From contig NC_058368.1 in assembly GCF_018350175.1 (NCBI RefSeq), positions 9,362,001-9,426,000 on the forward strand: 64,000 nucleotides of DNA. Reading direction: 5' to 3'. Each line of letters starts with the position of its first letter. The stretch's first letter is position 1. The notes beneath the pieces are model-generated. The model had not been told where the DNA came from, made no database searches, and saw nothing but the letters and a program-made list of their open reading frames with translations. Below, in pieces: positions 11,952-24,674 of this stretch. The stretch comes from Felis catus. Taxonomy: Eukaryota. The position numbers were made by a program, and so were the translations under genes.

Positions 11952-12522
11952 TGTGGCAGCCTGCTTCTCAAACGGCTTCCGACGATCTCTGCCTTCTGGT
12001 ATCCACACCTTGCACAAGCCCCTCCTTTTAGGGGTGGGGTGGATCTTGGGTCGAGGTTTTTAACAAATAGAATGCGGCGGAAGTGATGGGATGCCATTTC
12101 CAAGACTAGGTGGTAAACAACGGTGACTTCCTTGTTTCTGGCTCTGCTTCTGGTCCCTGACTTGGCCTGACGAGGCAAGCATCGGTGTCGCGGGCTGCCC
12201 CCCCGGAGAGGCCCACAGAGCCAGGAACTGAGGGAGAGCCGAGTCAGCAGGGCTTGAGGACCCGAGGCCACAGTCCAACAGCCCGTGAGAAACTGAAGTC
12301 TGCCAACGGCCACGTGAGTGAGCTTGGAGGCAAATCTTTCCTCCGTTGAGCCTTGAGATGACTGCAGCCTGGCCGACATCCGGATTGTTGTCTTACGAGA
12401 CTCTCAGGGGACCCAGGTAGGCTGTGTCCTCGGATCCACAGACACTGCGAGGTAACACCTGCTGCTGTTTTAAGTTCCTAAGTTTGGGGGTAACTTGTTA
12501 CACGGCAGTAGGTGGCAAATAC
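11952..12522 (+). mobile_element. MaLR solo LTR (MLT1F-like)
   Basis: tgtggcagcctgcttctc start; gaagtgatgggatgccatttccaagactagg; gagccttgagatgactgcagcc; ttttaagttcctaagtttggggg end. Confidence 0.85.
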
Positions 12523-14109
12523 CTGTGATCTCACTTCATCTTCGCAAGGGCTCATTTTATAGGCGAGGACACTGAGGCTCAGAGGCAGAAAGCCAACCGC
12601 TAAAGGCCACACTGCTCCTGGACCCAAGATGCAAACCAAAAATTATCTGGGTCTGACATTCCTGGTCTTTCCCACAATCTTGTGATTCCTCCAGAGGTTC
12701 CACCAGGGAGATGGAAATAAACCCCAGCCCAGGAAGGAGTCTGTTCTTGGGAGCATCTGAGCTGTCCTACCACTCATTTTCACAGATGCCCAGTTGTCGG
12801 TCTCTCTGCAATATGCAACATAGAAACCACATGGGCGTCTTCAGAGAGGATCTTTCAAATGCTAGCTTCAGCCACCTCAACCGGGCTGCAAAACTTCAGG
12901 GGATCACATCTATTTTTATTTTCGGGATGCCATCTGCCTCCCTTCTAGCTTAGACATTTGACCGGAGCCGGAAAATAACACATAGATGTTTCGGGATTGG
13001 TGTTCGGTTTCTCTCTCCCACATCGGTAATCTTTTATGTTCTCAGAGGTCCGCTACCCAGGATAAAGGATGACTGAAAGATCAGCGTATCACTAACTATC
13101 AACATCTAAAGGGTGAGCTGAGTGAAGCACGCGTAAACGCGAGGCATGCGAGCCCCTCGGAAAACATGCCTGAGGTCTGATCAGACAGACATAAAGTGAA
13201 GTGAGCCACTCGGGCCCCCTTGGTGTTCACCTCTAGCTGAGGTCCCTTTCGCCTCCCTCACTTCTCAGGGGTGTATATTCCCCAGGACGTCACTAAGGCA
13301 GACCCCCTCCCTTCCAAGCAGTGCAGCGAATTCAGCATCGCCTAGTCAGAGGGCAAGCCTGGCCAGCGTTGGTCTATGTCTTCAGGAATGACTCAGTAGT
13401 TGGGTAGCTTCCTTCTGTGCCAAACAGTGGCCCTCCCTGCAGGCTGGTTCCTCATCCGGGAATAAAATCCTGAACCAGATCGCTGCTGTTGTTTCTTAAG
13501 GAAAAATCTACATGAGCACATGGCTGATTAGTCAACAACAATCGTAACGTAGACTCAAAAAGGGTTTCGCCTCTTAAGGGTAGAAGCAGGGGCTGGAATC
13601 ACCCACAAAATACTTCCTGCCTACGTGTTGCTTGGGTGCACGGTCCCTCCTATTCCACTTTCACTCCTGTACATTTTTTCTAGGTTGTAGAGAAGGGAGA
13701 GCAATGCTTTTTCCCCTGACTCACCTTCAGGGCCATGAACTCTTTCTGGAAAGATCCCCAGCAAAGCACAGATATGTTAGTGCCGACCAACATTACCTAG
13801 TTGGTTTTAGCTGTGGCTGAATAAATATGGTGAATCAATATATACTCAGGAAGCATGAGGTCATATAAGGTAGGGATTAGGGTGGCACATAAATAAAAAT
13901 TAAAATTAATCTAACAAGGCTAACGTGCTCTTTTACTCAAGAACAAACTTTTCATTGCATTAGGTGATAATCAGGTTGAAATTCAATGTATAAAAGTGTT
14001 GGCTGTACTAAGAAATATGGAATTGTCCTGCTTCAAGTGTTTACGAATTTTCTTGTGTGTGATCAAACAAGATGGTCCCCATGCTCTCCATTAAAATATG
14101 CTCTCTCGT

Positions 14110-14334
14110 GGGGCGCCTGGGTGGCGCAGTCGGTTAAGCATCCGACTTCAGCCAGGTCATGATCTCACGGTCCGTGAGTTCGAGCCCCGCATCAGGCTCT
14201 GGGCTGATGGCTCAGAGCCTGGAGCCTGTTTCCGATTCTGTGTCTCCCTCTCTCTCTGCCCCTCTCCCATTCATGCTCTGTCTCTCTCTGTCCCAAAAAT
14301 AAATAAATGTTGGAAAAAAAAATTAAAAAAAAAT
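14110..14334 (+). mobile_element. Can-SINE, young SINEC_Fc type
   Basis: near consensus; perfect 17-bp TSD aaaatatgctctctcgt. Confidence 0.97.
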
Positions 14335-14929
14335 AAAATATGCTCTCTCGTAATTAAACAAAAGGCAAAGGGATAGATGAACACTATAGACTGGGTCCCA
14401 TGTCCCCCACTCTCTCTCCATGGCCCTGTCTGGGGGTGGGGGTGGGGCAGAGAACTTACTGCAATGGAAGAGCACATCTTCAAGGCCTGGGCTGGGAGAG
14501 AGATGACACCCTGGCAGGGAATGATCAGGGCCCTCAGGGATGTTGGAGACGGAAGGGGGCAGTTTGGGTTGACCGGGAGCCTAGACAAGAACAGGGATGC
14601 AGCTGGGACAGGTACCAGAAGTAGAAACAGGCAAACATTGAGCAGGGGAGCACCGGCACAAGGGTGTCGGAGGTGAACAACACCGGGACAAGGGCAAGTC
14701 GGGACCCGCCCCCGGTGGCCAGTGGAGCAGAGAGCGGAGACTGTGACCAAAACAAGTTACACAGGGAGGGAACACAAAGAACAGTAGGAGTGAGCGTCTC
14801 AGGGAGGTGTCTGGGGTCCAACAGTTTCTGCTCTGTTGCAAAATCACGGGCAACCAGCAGCTGGTATAATGGTCAGCAAGCAGTGTGTGCGGTGATCTCA
14901 AGCTTGGGCTTGCCACGGGTCAACCCATA

Positions 14930-15140
14930 ACCTGTCGGTAACTAGTTTGGTGACCGTAATTAACTTTAAGCTACTTAAGCTCTCTGAACCCCCGTTTCCT
15001 CATCTGTACAATGGAGGTAACAGCAGTAGCTAAGTTACCGATTTGTTGAGAGGATTGAAGAAGATTTCATGAATATGCTTAACGCAGTTCTCCACACGTA
15101 GTTGGTGCTCAGTAAACAGAAACAATGAATGGTATTACTG
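14930..15140 (+). mobile_element. MIR
   Basis: ctctctgaacccccgtttcctcatctgtacaatggaggtaa...ttgagaggattgaa. Confidence 0.75.
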
Positions 15141-16261
15141 TTAATAAGAAACCCGAGTGTGACTTCCAACACTGGCCCAACGTAGGGGATGAGGCGACGC
15201 CCAGTCGGACATCTGTTGCCAGGTGTCAGGTGCCAGGAGATGCCTCCACGATGCCATGGGCCGGAACCTTCTACAAGCAACTCTGAGAGTTGGCCACAGA
15301 GCAGAATTAGGTCATCCCCACAACGTCGCCAACATTCCTCACCCTTTTCATGATGTCAGTGGTTTCAGACTCGGAATGCCCAGCTCCTGCTCTGCGATGA
15401 AGCTTCCAGAACCTCTCCCATTTGTGGCCAGCTTCCTTAACTGTGCTCTGGAGTTACTGATACTGTCTCCTCTGCCACTTTGGAGCACCTTGGAGCATTT
15501 ATGTCCCCCAGGCCTGAGGTGATGGAAACCCTGGCCATAAGTCTGTGTGTGTGTGTGCGTGTGCGTGTGCGTGTGTGGCTTACGGTGGAATTACCAGCAT
15601 GGTCACAATAGTACTTAGGCCACAGACCCACCAGACCATGGGTAGTAGCACAAAGCACAGTGAAGATGACTTCTGAATTTCAAACACCCAACATTTGAGG
15701 ATCCGGGGAAAAAGTAGCAGGATGACAGATGGAGAAGGTGGCCTTCAACAGATAATGAATCAGGGAGAGCCATCCTAGGACAGGGCTGGAGTGGGGGTGT
15801 GGCTCCATTTCCAGCATACCCCTGGGAAAGCCAGTCACGTGCCTGCCTCGTTGGTCCCAGGACTCCCAGGAGAAGGTCTTCGGCAATAGAAGGGGGGCCC
15901 CTACTGGCTAACCTTAGAGAGGAGCACTCTCTGAACACACCTGTCTTCAAAACACCTACACCTGACCCATGCTCTAGCCACAGCGGCGCCCTCCTACAAC
16001 AGACGTAGCGACCAAGTTGAAGATGCTGAACAGGCACACGCTACCTCCCAGACAGGTGCTTTCCTGGATCACTGCATTTAATCCTCAAAATAGCTATGCA
16101 AACAAATATGATCTGCACTATAAGGATGAGGCAGAGGAAGTACCCAGACTGGTACCCAGCCTGGAGTCCTGGCAGAGGAAGTACCCGGGCCGTGGTCTGC
16201 ACCCAGGCTGACCTTACACCCAGGGCCGAAGAGAACCCCTAGCCAGACCTCTTCCCACCTC

Positions 16262-16278
16262 GATAAGCTGACTCAGCA
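16262..16278. promoter_or_regulatory. GATA-like site abutting a near-perfect MARE (Maf/NF-E2/NRF2) site
   Basis: gataagctgactcagca; 12/13 match to T-MARE TGCTGACTCAGCA. Confidence 0.35.
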
Positions 16279-16833
16279 AGTTAACACCGCAAGGGCTACA
16301 GAGACGACATCTTGCAAGTCAAGAAGGACAAGATCCAGGTATTCCTGAGCCCAAGGCCCATGCACTTGCTAATTTTTAAAAATGTATCAAATGCATAATC
16401 ATCTCAAAGTTTGAAAGTTTCATAAGAGTTAGCCCTTCAAATATATGCCCAATATATCGTCTTACTCTTTCAAGCCCTCCCAAGCACTGCCAGTAATTGA
16501 GGATTATTGAAAGCCTACTTGCCCTTCTTTGCTGACTGCTTGGGACCGTCCCACTGGTGACCTCCAGGGACACGGCCAAGGCAGTTCGAACTAAGCAGCC
16601 CTCAACCTAATCACAGGCTGGGCATTTGTAAATAGGGTGCTTGGGTTCAGGGAGGCAGTTCACCACACAATGCTGGTTAGACGCCACACTCGCCCACAGA
16701 TGCATATTAGCGCCCTCCGTAACTAGTACACAAACATCCGAAGAATCTACCACAACCATGCTGTAGGACGTGACATAGCCTTGGAGTTGGGCTTTGCTCT
16801 GAATTTATCAGGGAGCTGTGAATCAACTTTCTT

Positions 16834-17075
16834 TTTTTAATTTTTATTTGAACTTTTTAATTAAAAAAATGTAAGTTTATTTGCTTATTTTTGAGAGAGA
16901 TGGAGACAGCACAAATGGGGAAGGAGCAGAGACAGAAAGAGAGAGAATCCCAAGCAATCCCCGTGCTGCCAGCACAGAGCCCAATGAGGGGCTGGAACCC
17001 ACAACGCTGTGAGATCATGACCTGAGCTGAAACAAAGAGTTGGACGCTTAAATGACTGAGCCACCCAGGTGCCCC
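16834..17075 (-). mobile_element. Can-SINE (older)
   Basis: antisense head; TSD tcaactttctt/tcagctttctt. Confidence 0.93.
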
Positions 17076-17254
17076 TCAGCTTTCTTCTTGGGTGTTACCT
17101 GGTGGAAGATGGGTTTTTTTGACAGTGAGTCTGGATATGTTATGCTGTGTAGGCTGAATCAGAGGCACCAGTGAGGGTAACACTGCAAACATCCAATTTT
17201 GAGCAGATAAAAGCTTGGAGTAGATGATTGCAAATGAAATATATAAAAACGTAT

Positions 17255-18880
17255 TTACATTCATTAATTCAACCAATTCTTATTGAGGATCTGCTTTGTA
17301 CCCTTGAGACTCATTCATTCATTCTTCAATTGTTAGACAAATATATTTATTGAACATCTATTATGGGGGGAGAGGGGCTATGCTAAACTCTAGAGACACA
17401 GTGGTCCCTACCCTTATGGAAGTTTGAAGTCTAGAAGGAAATACAGATATTTAAACTAATAATCGCCAGTGTCATACGTGTGAGGAAGAGGAAGGGAAAA
17501 TTGCAAAGCAATTGCACAGCAAAAGAAGATTGAGTGATATAAACAATTGTGAAAAGCATCTCTAAGGAATTAGGGCTCATAAACTGAGCCTGGAGGATTG
17601 AGTTGGGGTCAGGCAGTTCAGGAAGCGGGGAGAGGAATATTCCACACCAAAGGAACAGTATGTGTAAAGTTCAGGAGGTGAGAGAGAGAGAGAGAGAATA
17701 AGGAAGTTTGAAGAATGAACAAAAATCTTAATATAGTGGGAGCAGAGGACACCAGAGAAGCTGGAAGCAGGTCCCAGACTTCAAAAGGCATTGCAAACCA
17801 CAAAGGAGTTCTGCTTCAATAATGTGATGGGATCAGATCGAGGTGAGTTTTTATTTCTAAATTACTCTCAGTATAACCTGGAGAAGGGATGGGAGACAAG
17901 CAAGACTGGAGGCAAGAAGACCAGTTAGAAGGTGACTAAGGGAGTCCCAGTGCTTGTGCACAGTAGCCTACACTCGGTGGTGGTAGTGATGGGGGAGTAG
18001 GAGGTGAAGGAGAAAAGTCCGTTGATTCTAGGGATATCGAAGAGGCTGACTGCTTAAGGCTTAATGAGTAATGTGTGGGAGGTGAGGGAGAAAGAGAAAC
18101 CAAGGATGACTCTTGGGCTTCTGGGTGTCAAGTGTGTAGCTCCTGGAGCTGATTCCTGAGGTAGGAATCATAAGGGGAGGAGCAGGTTGACAGAGAAAAT
18201 TACGAGATCAAGTTGAACAGGTTTGTTTTAGCGCTTCCAAGATAAACAAGCAGAGATTTAAGTTGGGGTTGGAGAGCTGAGTCTGGAACTTAGGTCATCT
18301 GAGCCCCATAATAAGGATCTGGAAATTATCAGCACAGACCTGGAGACGGTGGTCAATGAAGAGAATGGGGTCACAGGGAAAGAAAGGGTGATGGGAGGGT
18401 GTTTAGAGCAAGAAAGGGTTATAGAGGCAAATTTGAGAAGACTGGGTGGAAACTTATGTTCAACTAGCTGCAAAAGACAGAAGAAGGAGGTGAAGGTGGC
18501 TAGTTTGTCCTGGGTGACAGGGACAATTGGCAGGAATGAGAAAGTGAGGGGTCATGGCTCATCAGTGCCAGCAAATCAGTGAGTGTTGATTTGTGTGACG
18601 ACGCCCTCTACAACCCTGACATTTTTACCAGGCTCCTCCTGTGCTAAGGATAGAGAGACGATAAAGAAACAGATGACTGATTGGTCAACCGGCAGATAGA
18701 GTCCGCATTTAGTGAACACCTGCCATGTGGCAGCCACTTTCTCTTCCTCTGAAAATACAGAAATAAATAAGGCATAGTTAGTCCCCATAGAAGTCCAATT
18801 TAGAGGGAAACGTAGACGTGAAAACAGATAATGATCCGTATCGTGTGACTTGGTCAGTAATAGACATGTATATCAGGAAC
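17255..18880 (-). mobile_element. L2 fragments (long composite)
   Basis: cattcattcattc...tatttattgaacatctatt 3' ends; gggaatattccacaccaaaggaacagtatgtgtaaag; aaggatgactcttgggcttctgg. Confidence 0.75.
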
Positions 18881-18944
18881 ATCGCTAAGGGCATCAAAGG
18901 GGGAGTGGCCCTTCCACTCATTAGAAGGGGTTCAACCTTGGTAT

Positions 18945-19402
18945 CGGTATTCATTTCCTAGGACTTCCGTAACAAGGTACCACAGGCTTCGTGGCAATAA
19001 GTCATTTGTGCCATAAACAACAGAAATTTCCTTTCTCAGGGTCCTGGAAGCCAGAAGTTTGAAATCAAGGTGTGGGTAGGGCCATGCTGCTCTAAAGTGT
19101 CTAAGGAAGATTCCTTCCTTGCCTCTTCCTAGATTGTGGTGGGTCCTGGCAATCCTTAGCTTTCCTGGTCTGTGGTGGCATCTCGTCATCTGTCTTCACG
19201 TGGCCTTCTCCCCTGTGCCTCTGTGTTGAAATCTCCTTCCCCTTTTTCTTATGAAGAAGCCAGTCATTGGGCATAGGCCCACCCTAATCCAGTATGGCCT
19301 CATCTGAACTTGACTGCATCCACAAAGACTATTTCCAAATAAGGTATCAGAAATTAGGACTTTGAATGTATCTTTTGGGGGAACACAACTCAACCCATTA
19401 CA
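18945..19402 (-). mobile_element. MaLR solo LTR (MLT1B/C-like)
   Basis: tattcatttcctaggac...aaatcaaggtgtgggtagggccatgc...gggggaacacaactcaacccattaca. Confidence 0.88.
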
Positions 19403-19829
19403 GTACCCATCTTTTTCCAGCACTAACCCTAGTGCTGGATACCGAAGAGATGCTCAAAAGTTCAGCTTTAAAAAACATTTCAAAAATATTTATTTAATTT
19501 CATCCAGAGGCTATCCTGTCAGAAAGGGAGAGGTGAGGGTCTTTGTTAAAATGGATTAGGGTTTGTATCTGATAAACAGTCCTAAGGCCAATTCTGGGGA
19601 AGGATTTTACAATTCATGATGCTCTGCATTTCTTTGATGAACCCCTTTCAATTAGTAAGCGAATCTTGTGTCTGGTTTTAGGGTCTGTTGAAGCCTTTCT
19701 CCTTCCAAAGGAGAAAAGCAAATTACTTCGCCAAGAGAAATTCTAAGACAGAGTTAAGCTTTTGATCATGGATGTCCTAAAGCCTTAATATGGATAGCTT
19801 TTCCCCAGCACATTAAGAATTCTTCATAA

Positions 19830-20080
19830 ATTGCTACCACTCTATGAGGAGACATTTAGCAATATCAACCAAAATTTAAAATATATGTAAGCGTTGACAC
19901 GGGGGGGGGGGTGTCAAATTTCTAGTTCTAGAAATTTGTCCTATAGATATACTCTCAAACGCGGAAACCAACATAGTTCTTCTTTTTTATATCACAGTAT
20001 TTTTTTTTTCATCTAGAGAAGACTAGTTGAATAAATCATGATATATCCAGACAATGAAATAGTGTCATACCATTAAGGAT
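19830..20080 (+). mobile_element. ancient L1 (L1ME-like) fragment
   Basis: tttagcaatatcaaccaaaatttaaaat...ttctagaaatttgtcctatagatatact...ttgaataaatcatgatatatcca. Confidence 0.6.
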
Positions 20081-20081
20081 T

Positions 20082-20450
20082 AATTCTATTGCATGTAGCA
20101 GAAATATGACTGTGAGCTTAACAAATAAAAAGTTTCTTTTCCTGGATGAAAAGTCCAGAGGTTGGTAGAACATGTATGATGGCGATACTTAGTCACCTTC
20201 TTCTCTCTGCTTGGTCATTTGATCATGAACTTTCTTCCTCAGGCCCACAAAATGGCTGCTATGCACTTAGGCCTCACAGCTTTATTTCAGGCAGGAAGAA
20301 GAAGGAGGAAAGACAAAAAGGCTGTCCCTTTTTACCTGGAAAGCAACAACTTTTCCAGAAAGTTCACCCAACCAACTCCCAATTACATCTCACTGACCAC
20401 AAGCAGGTATGTGGCCACCCTGTGTACTAGAGAAGCTATGAACTGCAGCC
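20082..20450 (-). mobile_element. old MaLR LTR (MLT1J/K-like)
   Basis: cacaaaatggctgct...catctcactgaccacaagcaggtatgtggccaccc. Confidence 0.6.
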
Positions 20451-21679
20451 CTCAATGAACTTGACGTTGAGTTGGTTTGGAAGAAGGAACAGCAACTCAC
20501 AGTCATGAAGAAGAATAAGACGGCTCTGTTTATTTTGCTGTGGGTCTGTCACCAAGCTATATGAGGAACAGAGGACAGGACAACAAGTATAGTAGGTTAC
20601 CACATGCATACTATAATATGGGCCATGTATATACTATATACACATATATACCATATGTATACACACATACAACATACTGTGTGTGTGTGTGTGTGTGTGC
20701 CTTTAAACACACAGAATATCTCTGTCTGTCTAAGGTATTTCTGACTGTGTCTAACCTCAGTTTCCTAAGATGGACACTCCAACTCGCCAGAGACCAGTGA
20801 TCTCCTTAGCAGGTGAGAGATGCTCACTCTGAGAGAAGTCAAGATGAAGTATAGATATGATGAAGGAAAGCAGGGTGACCTTTCTTTATGTAAGTTGAGG
20901 AATAATTTGTGTATAGGTGGTATTTACAATATCAGTCATGTTTATGAGAAGCTGGTGTGTTGGAGTATTTCATACATTAGCCTTGTGATTCCTTCCGTTT
21001 GATATGTAATTGAGGGATTGATTTAAATGTAAGATTTTAAGTCGCAAAGTGTGATAGAATAAAGCTAGCAATGAACACTGAAATGCCTAAGGGAATTTAA
21101 GTCACCATATTTATAAGTTCTAACTTATTTATAAGAATAAATTGGGGGGAAGGTTTTGTCCATCTATTTGGAATACTAAAACAAAAATAAAAGAGAGCTC
21201 TTTATATATGTTTAAGGAAATTTAAGTTGTTAAAGGTTTTTGAAGGTAATTGTTAAAATTTACTAATTTTTAAAACAGAATTATAAGACGTATAATCTCA
21301 AAGCCCAAGGAAAGAATTTTTAAAACATTTATAGCTTAAAAAAATATTAAACGAAATCACAGAGTAACCATAAACTACTTTTTTTTCCGTTCCCCAAAGT
21401 TGCTTTTCAAGGGTCGAAAAAATCCTCATTGCCACCTTCGAGGCCTAAATAGCAGAAAACCTCAAATTCTCGCCAGGACGGGCCTTGCTGGCAGCTGGGT
21501 TTCACACAGGAATGGCCTGCCTTGATCAGTCAGTATTGAACCCTACTGTGGCCCCACCTGTACCTGTGCATAGACGTCACCCCCATCCCATCTTCCTTTC
21601 CCTCCTATGCCTATTCTTTTCTATAGCACCCATCACCTCTGAACATACTACATAATTCCTTTTACTAAAAACGTATCCA

Positions 21680-21790
21680 TTTGCTTTTATTGTGGTAACA
21701 TATACATAAACATCAAACTTACCGTTGTAACCGTGTTTAAGTGTGCAACTCAGTGGCACTAAGCACATTCATAATGTGGTACAGCCATCG
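21680..21790 (-). mobile_element. L1M 3' terminus inside an L2 remnant (~21590-21920)
   Basis: ttttattgtggtaacatatacataa...tttaagtgtgcaactcagtggcactaagcacattcataatgtgg. Confidence 0.75.
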
Positions 21791-22417
21791 GTTCACTGTT
21801 TTATGGTGCGTATTGTTTATTGTGTCTTTGCCCTCCAGAATGGAAGCACCTGGAGGGCAGGGATCTTGCTTTGTTCACCAATGTTCTCAAGCACCTGGAA
21901 CGGTGTGCTCACCAGAGTGGTCAGTGCATTCTGGCCTGGATCTGACCATCTCCCTGTAAGGTCTTTCTGTGTTCAAAGCATAAGTCAGTTCCTGGGAACA
22001 AAGGAGAGACAGCTGCTCCCTTCTCTCTAGGGGAAATCAGGAAAAGTGCCAAGGAGAAAAAAGTAGAAGACATAGAAGACAGTAGACGTATAGTAGAAGA
22101 CATAGAAGACAGAGGGCTCTCTGAATTCCCAGAGGTGGACTGGCCAGGCTGTGATACTCTCATGTGGGTCCCGGTACCCTGTTCTTCTGTCCTGGGGGAG
22201 GGAGGTATGAAAGGCAGGTTGCTGGTTTTTCTTTAAGCCACGGCCATGGCAGCTCTCCTTGACCTCTGGAAGAGTCCCCTGACTATTTAAAAATAGAGGT
22301 ACTCTCCAACAATCTCCTATTAATCACTCCCCCCCCCCTTTACTTAACAATATCAGTAACGAGCATTCACTGCTTGTTAACCCTGAAGCTAGTCCCTCAC
22401 AGAGGAATTTGCAAAGG

Positions 22418-22800
22418 CGCTGGTACTCCAAGCATGCTCTACGGGTCAGTGTCAGTCTGCAAACTGTTACCAGTGTGTTGCAAGAAATTGGGAGTAAACT
22501 GGTAGCCATCTGATGCAATCATTTTGTATCTGTTCATCAATAGTAAAAGTTGGCACTGGGGCGCCTGAGTGGCTCAGTCAGTGAAGCAGCGGACTCTTGA
22601 TTTCAGCTCAGGTCATGATCTCGCAGTTTGTGAGATCGGGCCCCATGTCGGGCTGCACCCTGAGCCTGCTTCTGATACTCTCTCTGTCCCTCTCTGCCCC
22701 TCCCCTGCCCATGCTTGCTCTCTCTCAAAATAAATAAATAAACAAACTTAAAAAGAAATGGGCACTTATATTTTGTATGCTTTGGGGATTTTCTGTCTGA
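22418..22800. mobile_element. hAT-Charlie-like DNA transposon remnant split by a SINE
   Basis: ctactc-like start, gtctgcaaactgttaccagt...gaaattgggagtaa...ttatattttgtatg. Confidence 0.4.
22558..22755 (+). mobile_element. Can-SINE (older)
   Basis: head and tail; degenerate TSD aaagttggcact/aaatgggcact. Confidence 0.93.
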
Positions 22801-23019
22801 TGTTTCTATTTCCTTCTTCCCGTAATTCAAGTTTATTATATCACGTATATAACCAAGTTCTCTTACTCATATTAGTGATTTTGGTGTCTCAGTTCCACTT
22901 TACTTCTGCATCGGGCTGCATTAGTAATCTTCCCTATTGATTCTCGTCGTTTCTACAGATTTTTTTTCTTGGTGTCTTAGCAGCTCCTTGCTCCACTAGC
23001 CCCCCTCAGGATGGGGATG

Positions 23020-23240
23020 GTGGAGGGGGTGAGTAGGTGGCATAAGACAGCCAGGGCAGTTGATAAGGAGTGCGTTTCTGGAGCCAGCTGCCACAATCAG
23101 GACTGATGCTTAGTCCTGCCGAGCAAACACCTGACCCAGAATCATCTTGACGAGGCGGGAGAGCTGGGATATTTCTACCCTCCCACCATCAGTCGTTGGT
23201 TAGTGGCGGCTCTGGAGAGGGGTGTCCCCGGGCCTCCCGT
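23020..23240. mobile_element. old ERVL-type LTR fragment
   Basis: gagctgggatatttctaccctcccaccatcagtcgttggttagtggcggctc motif typical of old ERVL LTRs. Confidence 0.4.
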
Positions 23241-23469
23241 GTTTTTCCACGTAAGTACTTTCGAGGCAGTGGAGAATAAGCCTGAGCACTGACAGTCTCG
23301 TGCCCAGCCCAAAGCAAGCTGGAAATTTCCTAGATGTCATGTGTTTCTCTTCAAACTTCACATGGGATTTTGCATTCAACTCCCTGTGTTTGCTTTACTC
23401 TAACAAATAATGATTTAATCTATCCTTCGGTTCGTCATGAAATGATTTTATTGCGAAGTGATTTAACGA

Positions 23470-23560
23470 TAACGTAAATTGGCATAGATATCAGCAAACA
23501 CTACCATTCAGGGCTTTCCCTGCGAGAGCTCCTTGTTAAATATTTACCAGCACAAAAATG
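23470..23560. mobile_element. hAT-Tip100 (Arthur1-like) terminus
   Basis: cagggctttccctgcgagagctccttgttaaatatttaccagcaca matches the Arthur end gagagccggttgttaaacatttaccagcacaccactg. Confidence 0.6.
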
Positions 23561-23804
23561 CCTCCACCCTGCCAGCGATATCATGCACCAAAACCATTTA
23601 AACTGTAAGTATTTGCGTGAGGTTTTATTGAGTGGAATAAGAAAAGTGTGCATAGAATCCGGTTTTGAAACCTAGTGAGAAAACCCCGGTAGAAATACGT
23701 ATGGGTATAAATATTTGATGATTATATGAACACGGAGGAAAGTATGAGGGCTCTATAGGGAAGGGCTAATGTCATTAGAAGTAGTGGGGGAAAGGAAAAG
23801 ATTT

Positions 23805-24315
23805 TTTATATACATAATTTATTGTCAAGTTAGCTAAAATACAGTGTATACAGTGTGCTCTTGGCTTCCAGAGTAGATTCCCATGATTCATCGTTTACAT
23901 ACAACACCCAGTGCTCATCCCAACAAGTACCCTCCTCAGTGCCCATCACCCATTTTCCCCTGTCCCCTGCCCCTCCGCTCCCTTCCCCCTCTCAGTTTGT
24001 TCTCTGTATTTAAAAGTCTCTTATGGGGGCACCTGGGGGCTGGATCGATTAAACATCGTACTTCAGCTCCAGTCATGATCTCGCAGTTCGTGGGTTCAAG
24101 CCCCGCGTCGGTCTCTGTGTTGACAGCGTGGAACCTGGAGCCGGGAGCCTGTTTCGGATTCTGTGTCTCCTTCTCTCTCTCTGCCCCTCCCCTGCTCACA
24201 CTCTCTCTTTCTCTCTCTCTCAAAAATAAATAAATAAATAAATAAATAAACATTTAAAAACAAAAAGTCTCTTATGGTTTGCCTCCCTCTCTGTTTTTAA
24301 CTTTTTTTTCCTTGA
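23805..24315 (-). mobile_element. carnivore/feline L1 3' end (5'-truncated) with nested SINE
   Basis: ttattgtcaagttagctaa...acaacacccagtgctcatccc; flanks gaaaagatttttta/gaaaatatttttta look like a TSD. Confidence 0.9.
24026..24261 (+). mobile_element. Can-SINE inserted into L1
   Basis: TSD aaaagtctcttatgg, (AAAT)n tail. Confidence 0.95.
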
Positions 24316-24360
24316 AGAAAATATTTTTTAAAAAAAATGATTCCGTATACAATTCATACA

Positions 24361-24363
<3 letters not shown>

Positions 24364-24399
<36 letters not shown>
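24364..24399. repeat. (TG)n microsatellite
   Basis: perfect TG run. Confidence 0.95.
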
Positions 24400-24401
<2 letters not shown>

Positions 24402-24674
24402 TCATAAGGAATTAAAGGAAACAAAGACCAAATTAAGTTTATATCCGCAGAGTTGCAGGAATGTCTATGACATATCATCAAATGGAAAAGTAAGTCACAG
24501 AGCCATATGTTTGGTATGATTCCGCTTCAGTAAAACCAAATAAACAAAAACCTCAGCATCCATGTATATTCGCCTGCATATGGTTTCACAAGCAGTATAC
24601 AGAGATGGGTCAACTTTGGACACGTCAGGAGGGCAGGGCTGGAAGTTAGTAATGGTGAGCTCTCTGCATATATC

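Noticed and set aside
17838..17850. Strong donor-like GAG|GTGAGT
   Set aside because: Inside L2-derived sequence with no convincing upstream acceptor
20761..20818. Possible small exon ending CAG|GTGAGA
   Set aside because: Weak pyrimidine tract, no recognisable peptide, no partner exons
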